64,000 nucleotides of DNA. It comes from Bdellovibrionales bacterium (GTDB lineage Bacteria > Bdellovibrionota > Bdellovibrionia > Bdellovibrionales > UBA1609). The notes below the pieces were generated by a model. The model did not search any database and was not told the origin of the DNA. It worked only from the letters and a program-made list of their open reading frames with translations. Below, one piece after another: positions 28,055 through 36,917 of the stretch (position 1 is its first letter; every line of letters begins with the position of its first letter). A program made the position numbers and the translations under genes. The stretch is taken from contig DAHVQG010000015.1 of the NCBI GenBank assembly GCA_027317865.1, positions 2,028 through 66,027 of the forward strand, given 5' to 3'.

Positions 28055-29229
28055 TGGGCCTCGACGATCATCGCAACCGCTTCGCCGCCGCCAATGCACA
28101 AGCTCGCAAGCCCATAGCGTTTGCCATATTTTTTGAGCGTGTAAAGGAGCGTCGTCAAGATTCGAGCCCCGCTGCAACCAATGGGGTGTCCGAGCGCTAC
28201 CGCTCCGCCGTGAACGTTCACTTTGCTATGCGGTAAGTTTAATTCTTTCATCGCGACCATCGTGACCACGCTAAACGCCTCATTGATTTCGTAAAAATCA
28301 ATGTCACTTGGTTTGAGTTTGGTCTGCTCAAATACTTTTTTCATCGCTCCAACGGGTGCCGTGGTAAACCATTTTGGGTCTTGCGAAAACGTCGAGTAGG
28401 CAATAATTCGCGCAAGCGGCTTTAAACCCAATTCTTTTACTTTATTTTCCCCCGCGAGCACTATTGCTGCGGCACCGTCGTTGATTTTGCTCGCATTTGC
28501 CGCCGTAATGGCGCCGTCTTTTTCAAAGGCCGGCTTGAGCTGCGGAATTTTGTCGAATTTTGTGCGTTCCGGTTCTTCATCGTTTGCCACTATTGAAGTC
28601 GATTTGCCGGCCTTCACTTCAACAGGAACAATCTCGTGAGAAAATGACCCGTCTTGCGTCGCTTTTTGAGCGCGTTTGTAACTTTCAACTGCAAATTCGT
28701 CTTGTTCCGCACGTGAAACTTTGTACTCACGCACGCAAAACTCGGCCGCGTTACCCATATGAAAATTGTTGTAGGGGTCCCAGAGCCCGTCTTTGACCAT
28801 CGAGTCGGCCGCTGTGACCGGGCCCATCCGATATCCAAAGCGTGAATTTTCTAGCAAATGCGGCGCGAGCGACATGTTTTCTTGGCCGCCCGCTACAACA
28901 ATATCGCTGTGACCAAGGCGAATCGAATCGGAACCCAGCATCACCGACTTTAATCCCGAACCGCAAACTTTGTTAACGGTCATGCACGCGACGGACGTGG
29001 GCAGCCCGGCGTAAATGGCCGCTTGTCGTGCGGGTGCTTGCCCCACACCTGCCGTGAGCACTTCGCCCATAATACATTCATTCACTGCACTAGGAGCCAC
29101 TTGCGCTTGTTGCAAGGCTGCCTTAATGGCAATTGCACCCAGTTGCGGTGCTGGAGTTTGCGCGAGTCCTCCTTGAAAGGAGCCGATGGGGGTACGACGC
29201 GCGCTCACTATATAGACGGAGTCAGACAT
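28051..29229 (-). CDS. Acetyl-CoA acetyltransferase (thiolase II)
   Basis: [12 protein letters not shown] (active-site Cys), [21 protein letters not shown] and [13 protein letters not shown]. Confidence 0.95.
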   Translation of the reverse strand: MSDSVYIVSARRTPIGSFQGGLAQTPAPQLGAIAIKAALQQAQVAPSAVNECIMGEVLTAGVGQAPARQAAIYAGLPTSVACMTVNKVCGSGLKSVMLGSDSIRLGHSDIVVAGGQENMSLAPHLLENSRFGYRMGPVTAADSMVKDGLWDPYNNFHMGNAAEFCVREYKVSRAEQDEFAVESYKRAQKATQDGSFSHEIVPVEVKAGKSTSIVANDEEPERTKFDKIPQLKPAFEKDGAITAANASKINDGAAAIVLAGENKVKELGLKPLARIIAYSTFSQDPKWFTTAPVGAMKKVFEQTKLKPSDIDFYEINEAFSVVTMVAMKELNLPHSKVNVHGGAVALGHPIGCSGARILTTLLYTLKKYGKRYGLASLCIGGGEAVAMIVEAQ

Positions 29230-29294
29230 GGGCTATCTCCTTAGATATTAGATGATGGTCGCCTTCTTTTGGTCGCAAATTAGCGAACTCTGAA

Positions 29295-29307
29295 ACAACT
29301 AAGTTGT
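29295..29307. repeat. Perfect 6-1-6 inverted repeat ACAACT-A-AGTTGT in the divergent promoter region; possible operator
   Basis: Read directly from the sequence. It lies 66 nt upstream of the thiolase start and 34 nt upstream of the 29341 gene. A second 5-6-5 inverted repeat, AGATC-N6-GATCT, lies at 29313-29328. Confidence 0.3.
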
Positions 29308-29340
29308 CAACAAGATCGACCGTGATCTAAGCTGAGAACT

Positions 29341-30357
29341 ATGAAGCACAATTTCATCTTATTTTTTATTAGTGGGTTAGTTTGCGCTGGAGCTTTGGTC
29401 GGGTCTCGTAGCGCAGCGGCGTTAAATGTCGAAACATTGAGCGCGACGACGCCGCTGGTTGCTAACTTGGAGCCCGTCAACATACGAGTACAAGCCGGAG
29501 ATCAGGTGCGTGTGCGCGGCTTTGACGGCAGCGTCGTTTATCGCGCGGTTCCGAATCGTCAAGCGCTGACGGTTCGCGTGGACGAAACGCATTCCCGACT
29601 CAGGGATAATGGTTGGCAGCTCAATATTCACCGTAACGGACATTCGATTATTGTTGCCGTTGACGGACCGACTTCAAAAAAACTGTGGAATGCGATTTTA
29701 GCCAATACTGCCGAATCAATACCGACGTATAATCTTGTGCTCGAGGGCCCGTCGCTCCCGCTCGAAATTAATTGGCGAAAGGGTCAAGTTCAGGTCTCAA
29801 ATCTTGATGCTGATCTCAAAGTAACGAATTTAAACGGCGACACTCGAGTTGTGGGCGATAACGGTGACGTCTCGGTTTCAGCGCAAACCGGCACGATTGA
29901 ATTGGCACAGTTAAAAGGTCATGTTCGCATCGATTCATATGACGCGCGTGTGGAAGTCAACAATGTCAAAGGCGAATTGAATCTTGAAAACTTCATTGGT
30001 TCAAGCGCGCTAGGGTCGATATCGGGTCAGGTCGCGGTCACGACTTATCGTGGTCCAACCCACTTGTCTGGGATCAAAGGGGCTTTACAGAGCCGGTCCG
30101 CGCAAGGGGCGGTTTTTGCTGAAATTGAAGGCAATGCCGATGTGCATATGGAGTCGCAAACAGGAAATGTTCATTTGACCCTGCCGAAAAGCGGCGCTTG
30201 GATGGATCTCGGAACTAGCAATGGGCAAATTTTGGTGCCGTCCTTTTTGAAAGTCACGCGGTTACCGGCCGAACTGTTACGAACAGGGCACTTGCACGGA
30301 ATCAACGGCGGTACTGTTTACGTGCGGACCACTTCCGGCAATATTAGCGTCCAGTAA
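29341..30357 (+). CDS. Secreted beta-helix-like protein (DUF4097/putative adhesin-like repeats)
   Basis: Signal peptide MKHNFILFFISGLVCAGALVGSRSAAA. The C-terminal two thirds carry repeated G-(D/N/T/Q)-hydrophobic rungs (NGDTRVVGDNGDVSVSAQTGTIEL..., SQTGNVHLTL, TTSGNISV). Confidence 0.55.
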   Translation: MKHNFILFFISGLVCAGALVGSRSAAALNVETLSATTPLVANLEPVNIRVQAGDQVRVRGFDGSVVYRAVPNRQALTVRVDETHSRLRDNGWQLNIHRNGHSIIVAVDGPTSKKLWNAILANTAESIPTYNLVLEGPSLPLEINWRKGQVQVSNLDADLKVTNLNGDTRVVGDNGDVSVSAQTGTIELAQLKGHVRIDSYDARVEVNNVKGELNLENFIGSSALGSISGQVAVTTYRGPTHLSGIKGALQSRSAQGAVFAEIEGNADVHMESQTGNVHLTLPKSGAWMDLGTSNGQILVPSFLKVTRLPAELLRTGHLHGINGGTVYVRTTSGNISVQ

Positions 30358-30423
30358 CTTTGGTAACGACAGTTCTTTGTGCATCTTGACAACAGCAACG
30401 AAATCACTCACATTCGCAGAGTT

Positions 30424-30936
30424 ATGGCCAAAAAAACCGATGCCGAACCAACATCCGTGAACGATACGCAACCCAGCGTGCTGACACCTGATTCGTCCCA
30501 TTCTGCGGCGCCCGCAACAGCACCAGCAGCCGCGCCTACAGATGTGGTACTTGAAGACGAAGTCGTACTCACAGACGCCGAGGGCCGGCGGTACTGTCGC
30601 GCCAATGATTGCGATCAAATTGGTATTGTCGACGGCTACTGTCGATTTCACTACTTGCTCTACTGGAAGAAAATTCAAAATCGAAAACGCATTCTCGCTG
30701 ACGGTAAACTCGAACGTTACATCGAAGAGTTAACTGCGCGTTATAGCGATAAATTTGTCGAGCTTTTGCGCAAAGATTTAAGAACCGAAAAAGATTTCAT
30801 GGCGGCGATTCAAGAACTCGAGTTAGACGAATCGGCTTCGTCGTCTACTGAAAATGAAGAAGACGAGACAAAAACATACATTGAAGAAGTCGGTGGGATG
30901 CCTGCCACTGATACTCAAGACGACGAGAGCTATTAA
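30424..30936 (+). CDS. Hypothetical acidic protein with a CX4C-X9-CX2H knuckle
   Basis: From ATG 30424. Ala/Pro-rich N-terminus, then YCRANDCDQIGIVDGYCRFHY, a helical region and a very acidic tail. Confidence 0.5.
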   Translation: MAKKTDAEPTSVNDTQPSVLTPDSSHSAAPATAPAAAPTDVVLEDEVVLTDAEGRRYCRANDCDQIGIVDGYCRFHYLLYWKKIQNRKRILADGKLERYIEELTARYSDKFVELLRKDLRTEKDFMAAIQELELDESASSSTENEEDETKTYIEEVGGMPATDTQDDESY

Positions 30937-31463
30937 TTGTCGTCAGAGTGATCACCGCAATCGTTTTCGTCTTCATCCAGTTCCGTACCGGGGTGGCCGG
31001 CATCTTCTTGAACGAGACTATCTGATTTAAGGCCGAGCAATCGATCTGCTTCGGCTTCAAGCGCGGTGTTTTCCGTCGAAAAGCGCACAAATACCGGTCG
31101 ATTTTCAATCGTTTGCTTTTGCCATTGGCGAGGCAGTGCGTGCAAGTCTTGGTCGTGATCTAAGTATTCCTGAAGGAGCGAACCCGCGCAATCAACGGCG
31201 AAGTGAATTTGTTCAAGTGCGTTTTGTTTAACAGCATCAAAATCGAGCGAGACTTCAAAATTCGCTTGCACAAGCCGGCCTTGTTCAACGTATCCGATGC
31301 GAAAAAGCAGTTCGTTGGCATAAATACGTCCCTCAGTTACAAATTGGCCAGGTTGCTTTTTCAACCATTCTTCGAACGCTTGGTCGAGAACGTCACGGAT
31401 TTGCGTGAGGAGCTCCGCCGGTAAGCTTGTCCACTGTGTCGATGAGTTCAATCTTGGATTCAT
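30933..31463 (-). CDS. Hypothetical acidic cytoplasmic protein
   Basis: 176 aa with no TM and an acidic tail, ELDEDENDCGDHSDDN. I recognise no family. Confidence 0.5.
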   Translation of the reverse strand: MNPRLNSSTQWTSLPAELLTQIRDVLDQAFEEWLKKQPGQFVTEGRIYANELLFRIGYVEQGRLVQANFEVSLDFDAVKQNALEQIHFAVDCAGSLLQEYLDHDQDLHALPRQWQKQTIENRPVFVRFSTENTALEAEADRLLGLKSDSLVQEDAGHPGTELDEDENDCGDHSDDN

Positions 31464-31514
31464 TTGACCGCCTTCATTTGACCGCTCAAAAGCACCAGAC
31501 TATAACTCAATTTA

Positions 31515-32852
31515 ATGCAGACTGACAATAGCGCAAAACCTCAATCTAACGGCGTTTATATTTCAACGTACGGATGTCAAATGAACGTGAACGACACCGA
31601 GCGGATGTATGCGCTCCTTGAAATGTTGAACTATGAGCCGGTATCGCGCCCCGAAGATGCGTCGTTGATTATCATTAATTCGTGTAGCGTGCGTGAAAAG
31701 CCGGTACATAAAGTGCGATCAGAGGTCGGCAAATATCGGGTGCTGAAACAAAGCAATCCGCGGCTTAAGATCGGAGTGGGTGGATGCGTAGCTCAGCAAG
31801 AAAAGGGCAAACTACTCGTTGATCTGCCCATTCTTGATTTTGTCTTTGGTACCGATTCGATTGATAAGTTGCCGCAAATCGTGCAAGAAGTGACCGCGAC
31901 CAATCGCCGCGCGGCTTCGGCGCAGTTCACTCACGGTGAGCCTTATCAAATTGAAACTTTGGTGAAAAACCCCGGCGTTTCGACGTTCGTCAATATCATG
32001 AAAGGCTGCGATAATTTTTGCACCTTTTGCGTTGTGCCGTTCACGCGCGGTCGTGAACGCAGCCGATCTCTACGCGAAATTGTCGCCGACATCGAAAAAC
32101 TCACGGCGCGCGGGGTAAAAGAAGTTACCCTTCTCGGGCAAAACGTAAATTCGTATCGGTCGCCCGATGACGGCGCTGGTTTCGCCGAGCTTCTTAAGCG
32201 CCTAGCTACCGAAACCGACGTCAAAAGAATTCGTTTTACTTCGCCGCACCCCAAAGACTTCGATGAAGAATTGGCTGAAGTTATGCAGACTTATCGGCAG
32301 AAAATTATGGAGTATATTCATTTGCCGGCGCAATCCGGGAATACCGAAATTTTAGAAAACATGAACCGTGGGTATACGCGCGAAGACTACATCGCCAAAG
32401 CCCGCATGCTGCAGCAAAAAATTTCGGGCGCCGTACTATCGACGGATTTGATCGTGGGATTTCCTGGTGAAACTGAGGATCAATTTGAAGACACTATGTC
32501 GCTCCTCGATGAAGTGCCTTTTGAAAATATTTACGCGTTTAAATATTCGCCGCGGCCCAATACAAAGGCGGCAAAAATGTCGAATCAAATTCCTGAAATA
32601 GTGAAGAGTGAACGTTTGTCACGGCTCCTCGCGAAGCATAGAGCGCAGGCTTTTGAGATGGCAAAAAAATATCAAAATGTGACCCTCAACGTTCTCGTCG
32701 AAGAATTTCATGATGATGAAAATTTCTGTTTTGGGCACAGCACGCAAAATAAATCCGTGCATTTTGACGGAACAAGGGATTTAGTAGGTTGTACCGTACC
32801 GGTTAAGGTGACGGAGGCAACCCCGCTTCTGCTTTACGGAGAGTGCGTGTGA
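31515..32852 (+). CDS. miaB: tRNA-i6A37 methylthiotransferase MiaB
   Basis: N-terminal YISTYGCQMNVNDTERM...NSCSVREK, radical-SAM CDNFCTFCVVP and a C-terminal TRAM-like domain. Confidence 0.9.
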   Translation: MQTDNSAKPQSNGVYISTYGCQMNVNDTERMYALLEMLNYEPVSRPEDASLIIINSCSVREKPVHKVRSEVGKYRVLKQSNPRLKIGVGGCVAQQEKGKLLVDLPILDFVFGTDSIDKLPQIVQEVTATNRRAASAQFTHGEPYQIETLVKNPGVSTFVNIMKGCDNFCTFCVVPFTRGRERSRSLREIVADIEKLTARGVKEVTLLGQNVNSYRSPDDGAGFAELLKRLATETDVKRIRFTSPHPKDFDEELAEVMQTYRQKIMEYIHLPAQSGNTEILENMNRGYTREDYIAKARMLQQKISGAVLSTDLIVGFPGETEDQFEDTMSLLDEVPFENIYAFKYSPRPNTKAAKMSNQIPEIVKSERLSRLLAKHRAQAFEMAKKYQNVTLNVLVEEFHDDENFCFGHSTQNKSVHFDGTRDLVGCTVPVKVTEATPLLLYGECV

Positions 32853-33346
32853 TGAACACCCTAGAGTTAGACTTGAAATCAAAATCAGACTGGATCGAAA
32901 TGTTTCCGTTTGGCGTCGCTCTGGGCGCCAGTCAAATGCGACCGGTGATGATATTTAAAGATAAAGCCGAGAAGCGTGTTTTACCGGTGTGGCTTTCACC
33001 CATGGATGCCGGTATTGCCGTAACCCAATCGGCGACTCAAATCGAGGGTTCGCCGCATACGCTTGCGGTTGAAATCTTAAATAAACTCGGTGTGAAGCTT
33101 GAAAAATGTCTTTTTCATGAAGTGCGCGGACATCGTCAGTTCGTGGAGCTTCACTTTGCGGGAGCAAAAAAATTCAAGTCGATTGTAGCCCGTGCGGATG
33201 ACGCCATTTCGTTTTGTATGCGTGCGGGTTGTAGATTTTATGCAACTGTCGACTATATCGAACGCTCACGCATTCTCGAGGATCAAATGGTGGTCGCCGG
33301 TGCCATGAGAAATATGGAAGCCAACCCCCATCCGTATTTAAACTGA
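32852..33346 (+). CDS. Bifunctional nuclease (DNase/RNase, DUF151) family protein
   Basis: RPVMIFKDKAEKRVLPVWLSPMDAGIAV...GSPHTLAVEIL fits the BFN pattern. ATG 32852 overlaps the miaB stop by 1 nt. A GTG at 32843 is an alternative start. Confidence 0.7.
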   Translation: MNTLELDLKSKSDWIEMFPFGVALGASQMRPVMIFKDKAEKRVLPVWLSPMDAGIAVTQSATQIEGSPHTLAVEILNKLGVKLEKCLFHEVRGHRQFVELHFAGAKKFKSIVARADDAISFCMRAGCRFYATVDYIERSRILEDQMVVAGAMRNMEANPHPYLN

Positions 33347-33356
33347 GCCTTAGCTT

Positions 33357-33899
33357 ATGATAATTCCGTTACCGTTAGAAACGCATCCGCAAAAAGGAAC
33401 GCCGGGACGAGGTTCGCCTCGGTTAAGTGACGGGGTTTTTGTCGCGCCAACAGCCACCATCATAGGGGACGTTGAAGTTGGAAGAGACGCTTCGATTTGG
33501 TTTAACGCTGTTTTGCGCGGAGATGTGATGCCCATTCGAATTGGCGACGAATCCAATATTCAAGACGGTGTTATTGTACACGGGACTTACAACAAATGTG
33601 GTGTGACCGTTGGGCGTCGCGTGACGGTAGGTCACGGAGCGATATTGCATGGTTGCGAAATTAGCGATCTCGTTTTAGTCGGGATGGGTGCCATTATAAT
33701 GGATCAAGCTCGAATCGGTTCGAATTCGATCGTCGCAGCCGGGGCTCTCGTTGCTGAAGGCAAGCAGTTCCCGCCGGGGGTTTTGATTGTCGGCCGGCCA
33801 GCCCTTGTTAAACGCGAATTGACAGCGGATGAGCGTGAATTTTTAAATAAAAGCGCCAACAATTACATTCGCTACAAATCGTGGTACAAGGGGATATGA
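33357..33899 (+). CDS. Gamma-carbonic-anhydrase-like hexapeptide-repeat protein
   Basis: VAPTATIIGDVEVGRDASIWFNAVLRGDVMPIRIGDESNIQDGVIVHG...VTVGHGAILHGC. Confidence 0.85.
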   Translation: MIIPLPLETHPQKGTPGRGSPRLSDGVFVAPTATIIGDVEVGRDASIWFNAVLRGDVMPIRIGDESNIQDGVIVHGTYNKCGVTVGRRVTVGHGAILHGCEISDLVLVGMGAIIMDQARIGSNSIVAAGALVAEGKQFPPGVLIVGRPALVKRELTADEREFLNKSANNYIRYKSWYKGI

Positions 33900-35380
33900 A
33901 CTCGACTGATTCTAATATAATCACTGGCGACGTCGCCTTAACTTTTGACGACATTTTATTGATCCCCGAGTACTCGGAAATTGTTCCATCGCAAATTTCA
34001 ACAACGAGTTTTTTTGCCCGCGACATCAGCCTTTATATGCCGATTCTCTCGGCGGCTATGGATACCGTGACGGAGCGAAAAATTGCGACGGTAATGGCGC
34101 AAAATGGCGGTTTCGGGGTCATTCATAAAAACATGGCCATCGAACAACAAGCGTTTCAAGTGGAACGTGTGAAAAAATATGAAAGCGGCATGATCACCGA
34201 TCCGATTACATTGTCACCTGATCATTTGGTTAGTGATGCACTTGATCTCATGCACAAATATTCGATCAGTGGTGTTCCGATTACGGTCAACGGTAAACTT
34301 GTGGGGATTCTTACGAACCGCGATCTGCGTTTTGAAACCAATGTCACCCAACCGATTCGCAACGTGATGACAAAAGAAGGCCTCGTTACAGCGCAAGTTG
34401 GGACGACCCTTGCCGAAGCGAAAATCGTGCTCCAAAAGCATCGTATAGAAAAGCTGCCGGTTGTTGACGAAAAATTCAATCTTAAAGGTCTTATCACAAT
34501 CAAAGATATCGAAAAGGCCAAAGCGTTTCCGTTTGCGACGAAGGATAAGTTGGGCCGCCTTTTTGTTGGGGCCGCAGTGGGTGTCGACGCCTCTTCGCGT
34601 GAGCGAGTTGCGGCACTTGTCCGCTCGGGAGTGGATCTTTTAGTTGTTGATTCGGCCCATGGGCATTCAAAAAATGTGCTGGCGCAAGTTGAATTTGTTC
34701 ATCACGAATTTCCAGAGGTTATTTTGGTCGCGGGCAACGTGGTCACGCCCGAAGGTACGGAGGCGCTGATTCGCGCCGGTGCCGATGTTGTTAAAGTAGG
34801 TGTTGGACCCGGCAGTATCTGTACAACACGAATTATTTCAGGCGTCGGCATGCCGCAAATTTCAGCGGTAAAAACGTGCTCTGAAGTCGCGCGCAAGCAT
34901 GGGAAAACTGTCATTGCAGACGGCGGAATTAAATTTTCAGGCGACATTACGAAAGCGCTCGCTCTTGGTGCGAACACCGTGATGATTGGCAGTCTTTTAG
35001 CCGGAGCGGACGAAGCTCCCGGCGAAACGATTTTATATCAAGGCCGTACGTATAAAGTTTATCGTGGAATGGGTTCGCTTGGAGCCATGACCGAAGGCTC
35101 AAAAGATCGGTATGCACAGGCGGACGTTGAAGACGCCGACAAACTAGTACCCGAAGGCATTGAGGGGAAGGTCCCTTACAAAGGCTCGGCTTCGGCGATA
35201 TTGCATCAACTACTTGGCGGGCTCAAAGCGGGGATGGGCTATTTGGGCGCCAGTTCAGTTGAACAATTGCAAAAACGGGCGCGGTTTGTTCGGATTAGTC
35301 CGCAAGGCTTGCGGGAGTCGCACGTCCACGACGTGACGATCACCAAAGAAGCTCCGAACTATCGACTCGAGAGAGAATAG
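33896..35380 (+). CDS. guaB: IMP dehydrogenase
   Basis: LTFDDILLIPEYSE, a CBS pair and VKVGVGPGSICTTR (catalytic Cys loop). ATG 33896 overlaps the upstream stop as ATGA. Confidence 0.95.
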   Translation: MNSTDSNIITGDVALTFDDILLIPEYSEIVPSQISTTSFFARDISLYMPILSAAMDTVTERKIATVMAQNGGFGVIHKNMAIEQQAFQVERVKKYESGMITDPITLSPDHLVSDALDLMHKYSISGVPITVNGKLVGILTNRDLRFETNVTQPIRNVMTKEGLVTAQVGTTLAEAKIVLQKHRIEKLPVVDEKFNLKGLITIKDIEKAKAFPFATKDKLGRLFVGAAVGVDASSRERVAALVRSGVDLLVVDSAHGHSKNVLAQVEFVHHEFPEVILVAGNVVTPEGTEALIRAGADVVKVGVGPGSICTTRIISGVGMPQISAVKTCSEVARKHGKTVIADGGIKFSGDITKALALGANTVMIGSLLAGADEAPGETILYQGRTYKVYRGMGSLGAMTEGSKDRYAQADVEDADKLVPEGIEGKVPYKGSASAILHQLLGGLKAGMGYLGASSVEQLQKRARFVRISPQGLRESHVHDVTITKEAPNYRLERE

Positions 35381-35383
35381 ATT

Positions 35384-36913
35384 GTGTCAGAACCAAAGCC
35401 GTTTCTTATTATCGATTTCGGCTCGCAAGTTTCTCAGCTCATTGCGCGCCGGTTGCGAGAACTCGGCTACTTTTCTGAACTCTTGCCTTGCAACACTCCA
35501 ACAAAAACGATTCGCGAAAAACAGCCCGTTGGTATCATTTTAAGCGGCGGTCCGTCGTCCGTTTTTGACAACAATGCGCCAGTACCCGAAGTGCGCGATT
35601 ACGAACCAATCGCTCCAGTTTTGGGCATTTGCTACGGCATGCAACTTTTGGCCTTTAAATATGGCGGGGTGGTTGAGGCGACCGACAAAAGAGAATACGG
35701 CCCGAACACGGTGGAGTGGAAGACCCCCGTGGCCAATGTTCCGAAAAACCAAAAAGTTTGGATGAGCCACGGTGATATAGTTAAAGTACCGCCGCCTGGT
35801 TTTGAAATTCTCGCATTTTCGAGTAACGGCCACCCGGCGGCGATGCGGGCCCCGCGGCTTTTTGCCGTACAATTTCATCCCGAAGTATCGCACACCGATC
35901 ATGGTACGGATATTCTTAAATATTTTTGCAAAGAAATTTGTGAGGCGGAGCCGAACTGGTCGGCCAACGAGATCTTAGAGTCAGCTACAGCCTATATTAA
36001 ACGAACCGTTGGAGAAAAAGAAAAGGTACTATGCGCCCTAAGCGGCGGAGTCGATTCAACGGTGGTCGGCAAGTTGCTTACTCAAACGCTCGGGGCTGAA
36101 CGCGTCATCTGCGTCTTTGTCGACAACGGGCTGTTGCGAAAAAATGAATTTCAAGAAGTGCTTAAAAGCTATCAAGAAATGGGTTTAAATGTAAAAGGTT
36201 TAGATGCCAAGAAATCGTTTCTTAAGCGCCTTGAGCAGGTGACCGATCCTGAAAAAAAGCGGACAATCATTGGCCATACATTCATAGATATTTTTAAAGA
36301 AGAAATCAAAAAACATGACGGCATTGCGTATTTGGCGCAAGGTACGTTGTACCCGGACGTCATCGAATCCGTTTCGCCGCGTGGCCAAAGTGCCACTATT
36401 AAAACCCACCACAACGTCGGGGGGCTGCCGAAAGATTTGGATTTAAAATTGGTTGAACCGTTACGCGAATTGTTTAAAGACGAAGTACGCGTTCTTGGTT
36501 TAAATCTTAAAATTCCGCCATATTTTTTGACTCGGCATCCGTTTCCGGGGCCGGGGCTGGGCATTCGCATAATTGGCGCCGTAACCGATGAATTGCTGAC
36601 CATCCTCCGCGAAGCCGACGCCATTTACCTCGATGAACTGAAAAAGGCGAATCTATACTCGCGCATTTGGCAGGCGTTTGCCGTGCTGCTTCCGATTCGA
36701 ACGGTGGGCGTGCAGGGCGATGGGCGAACGTACGATCATACGATCGCGTTGCGCGCGGTAACCTCAAATGACGGGATGACCGCAGATTGGTTTTCATTTT
36801 CTGGGGAATTTTTACGTCGCGTCTCGAGCCGTATTACGAACGAAGTTCGCGGTGTGAATCGCGTCGTGTACGACGTTACCAGTAAACCTCCGGCGACGAT
36901 TGAGTGGGAGTGA
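35384..36913 (+). CDS. guaA: GMP synthase (glutamine-hydrolysing)
   Basis: GATase GICYGMQ and QFHPEV. ATP-PPase SGGVDSTV. The C-terminal end is KPPATIEWE. Confidence 0.95.
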   Translation: MSEPKPFLIIDFGSQVSQLIARRLRELGYFSELLPCNTPTKTIREKQPVGIILSGGPSSVFDNNAPVPEVRDYEPIAPVLGICYGMQLLAFKYGGVVEATDKREYGPNTVEWKTPVANVPKNQKVWMSHGDIVKVPPPGFEILAFSSNGHPAAMRAPRLFAVQFHPEVSHTDHGTDILKYFCKEICEAEPNWSANEILESATAYIKRTVGEKEKVLCALSGGVDSTVVGKLLTQTLGAERVICVFVDNGLLRKNEFQEVLKSYQEMGLNVKGLDAKKSFLKRLEQVTDPEKKRTIIGHTFIDIFKEEIKKHDGIAYLAQGTLYPDVIESVSPRGQSATIKTHHNVGGLPKDLDLKLVEPLRELFKDEVRVLGLNLKIPPYFLTRHPFPGPGLGIRIIGAVTDELLTILREADAIYLDELKKANLYSRIWQAFAVLLPIRTVGVQGDGRTYDHTIALRAVTSNDGMTADWFSFSGEFLRRVSSRITNEVRGVNRVVYDVTSKPPATIEWE

Positions 36914-36917
36914 CGGC

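Noticed and set aside
27359-28177. Long version of scoA starting at 28177, and similar long versions of argS (18391), dnaE (36900), guaB (33881), acpP (51843), fabG (52684), glyA (49936) and the 44630 and 16281 starts
   Set aside because: In most of these cases an internal ATG gives the canonical family N-terminus. It also has a better Shine-Dalgarno or forms an ATGA/GTGA-type junction with the upstream gene. The longer forms overlap the neighbouring genes.
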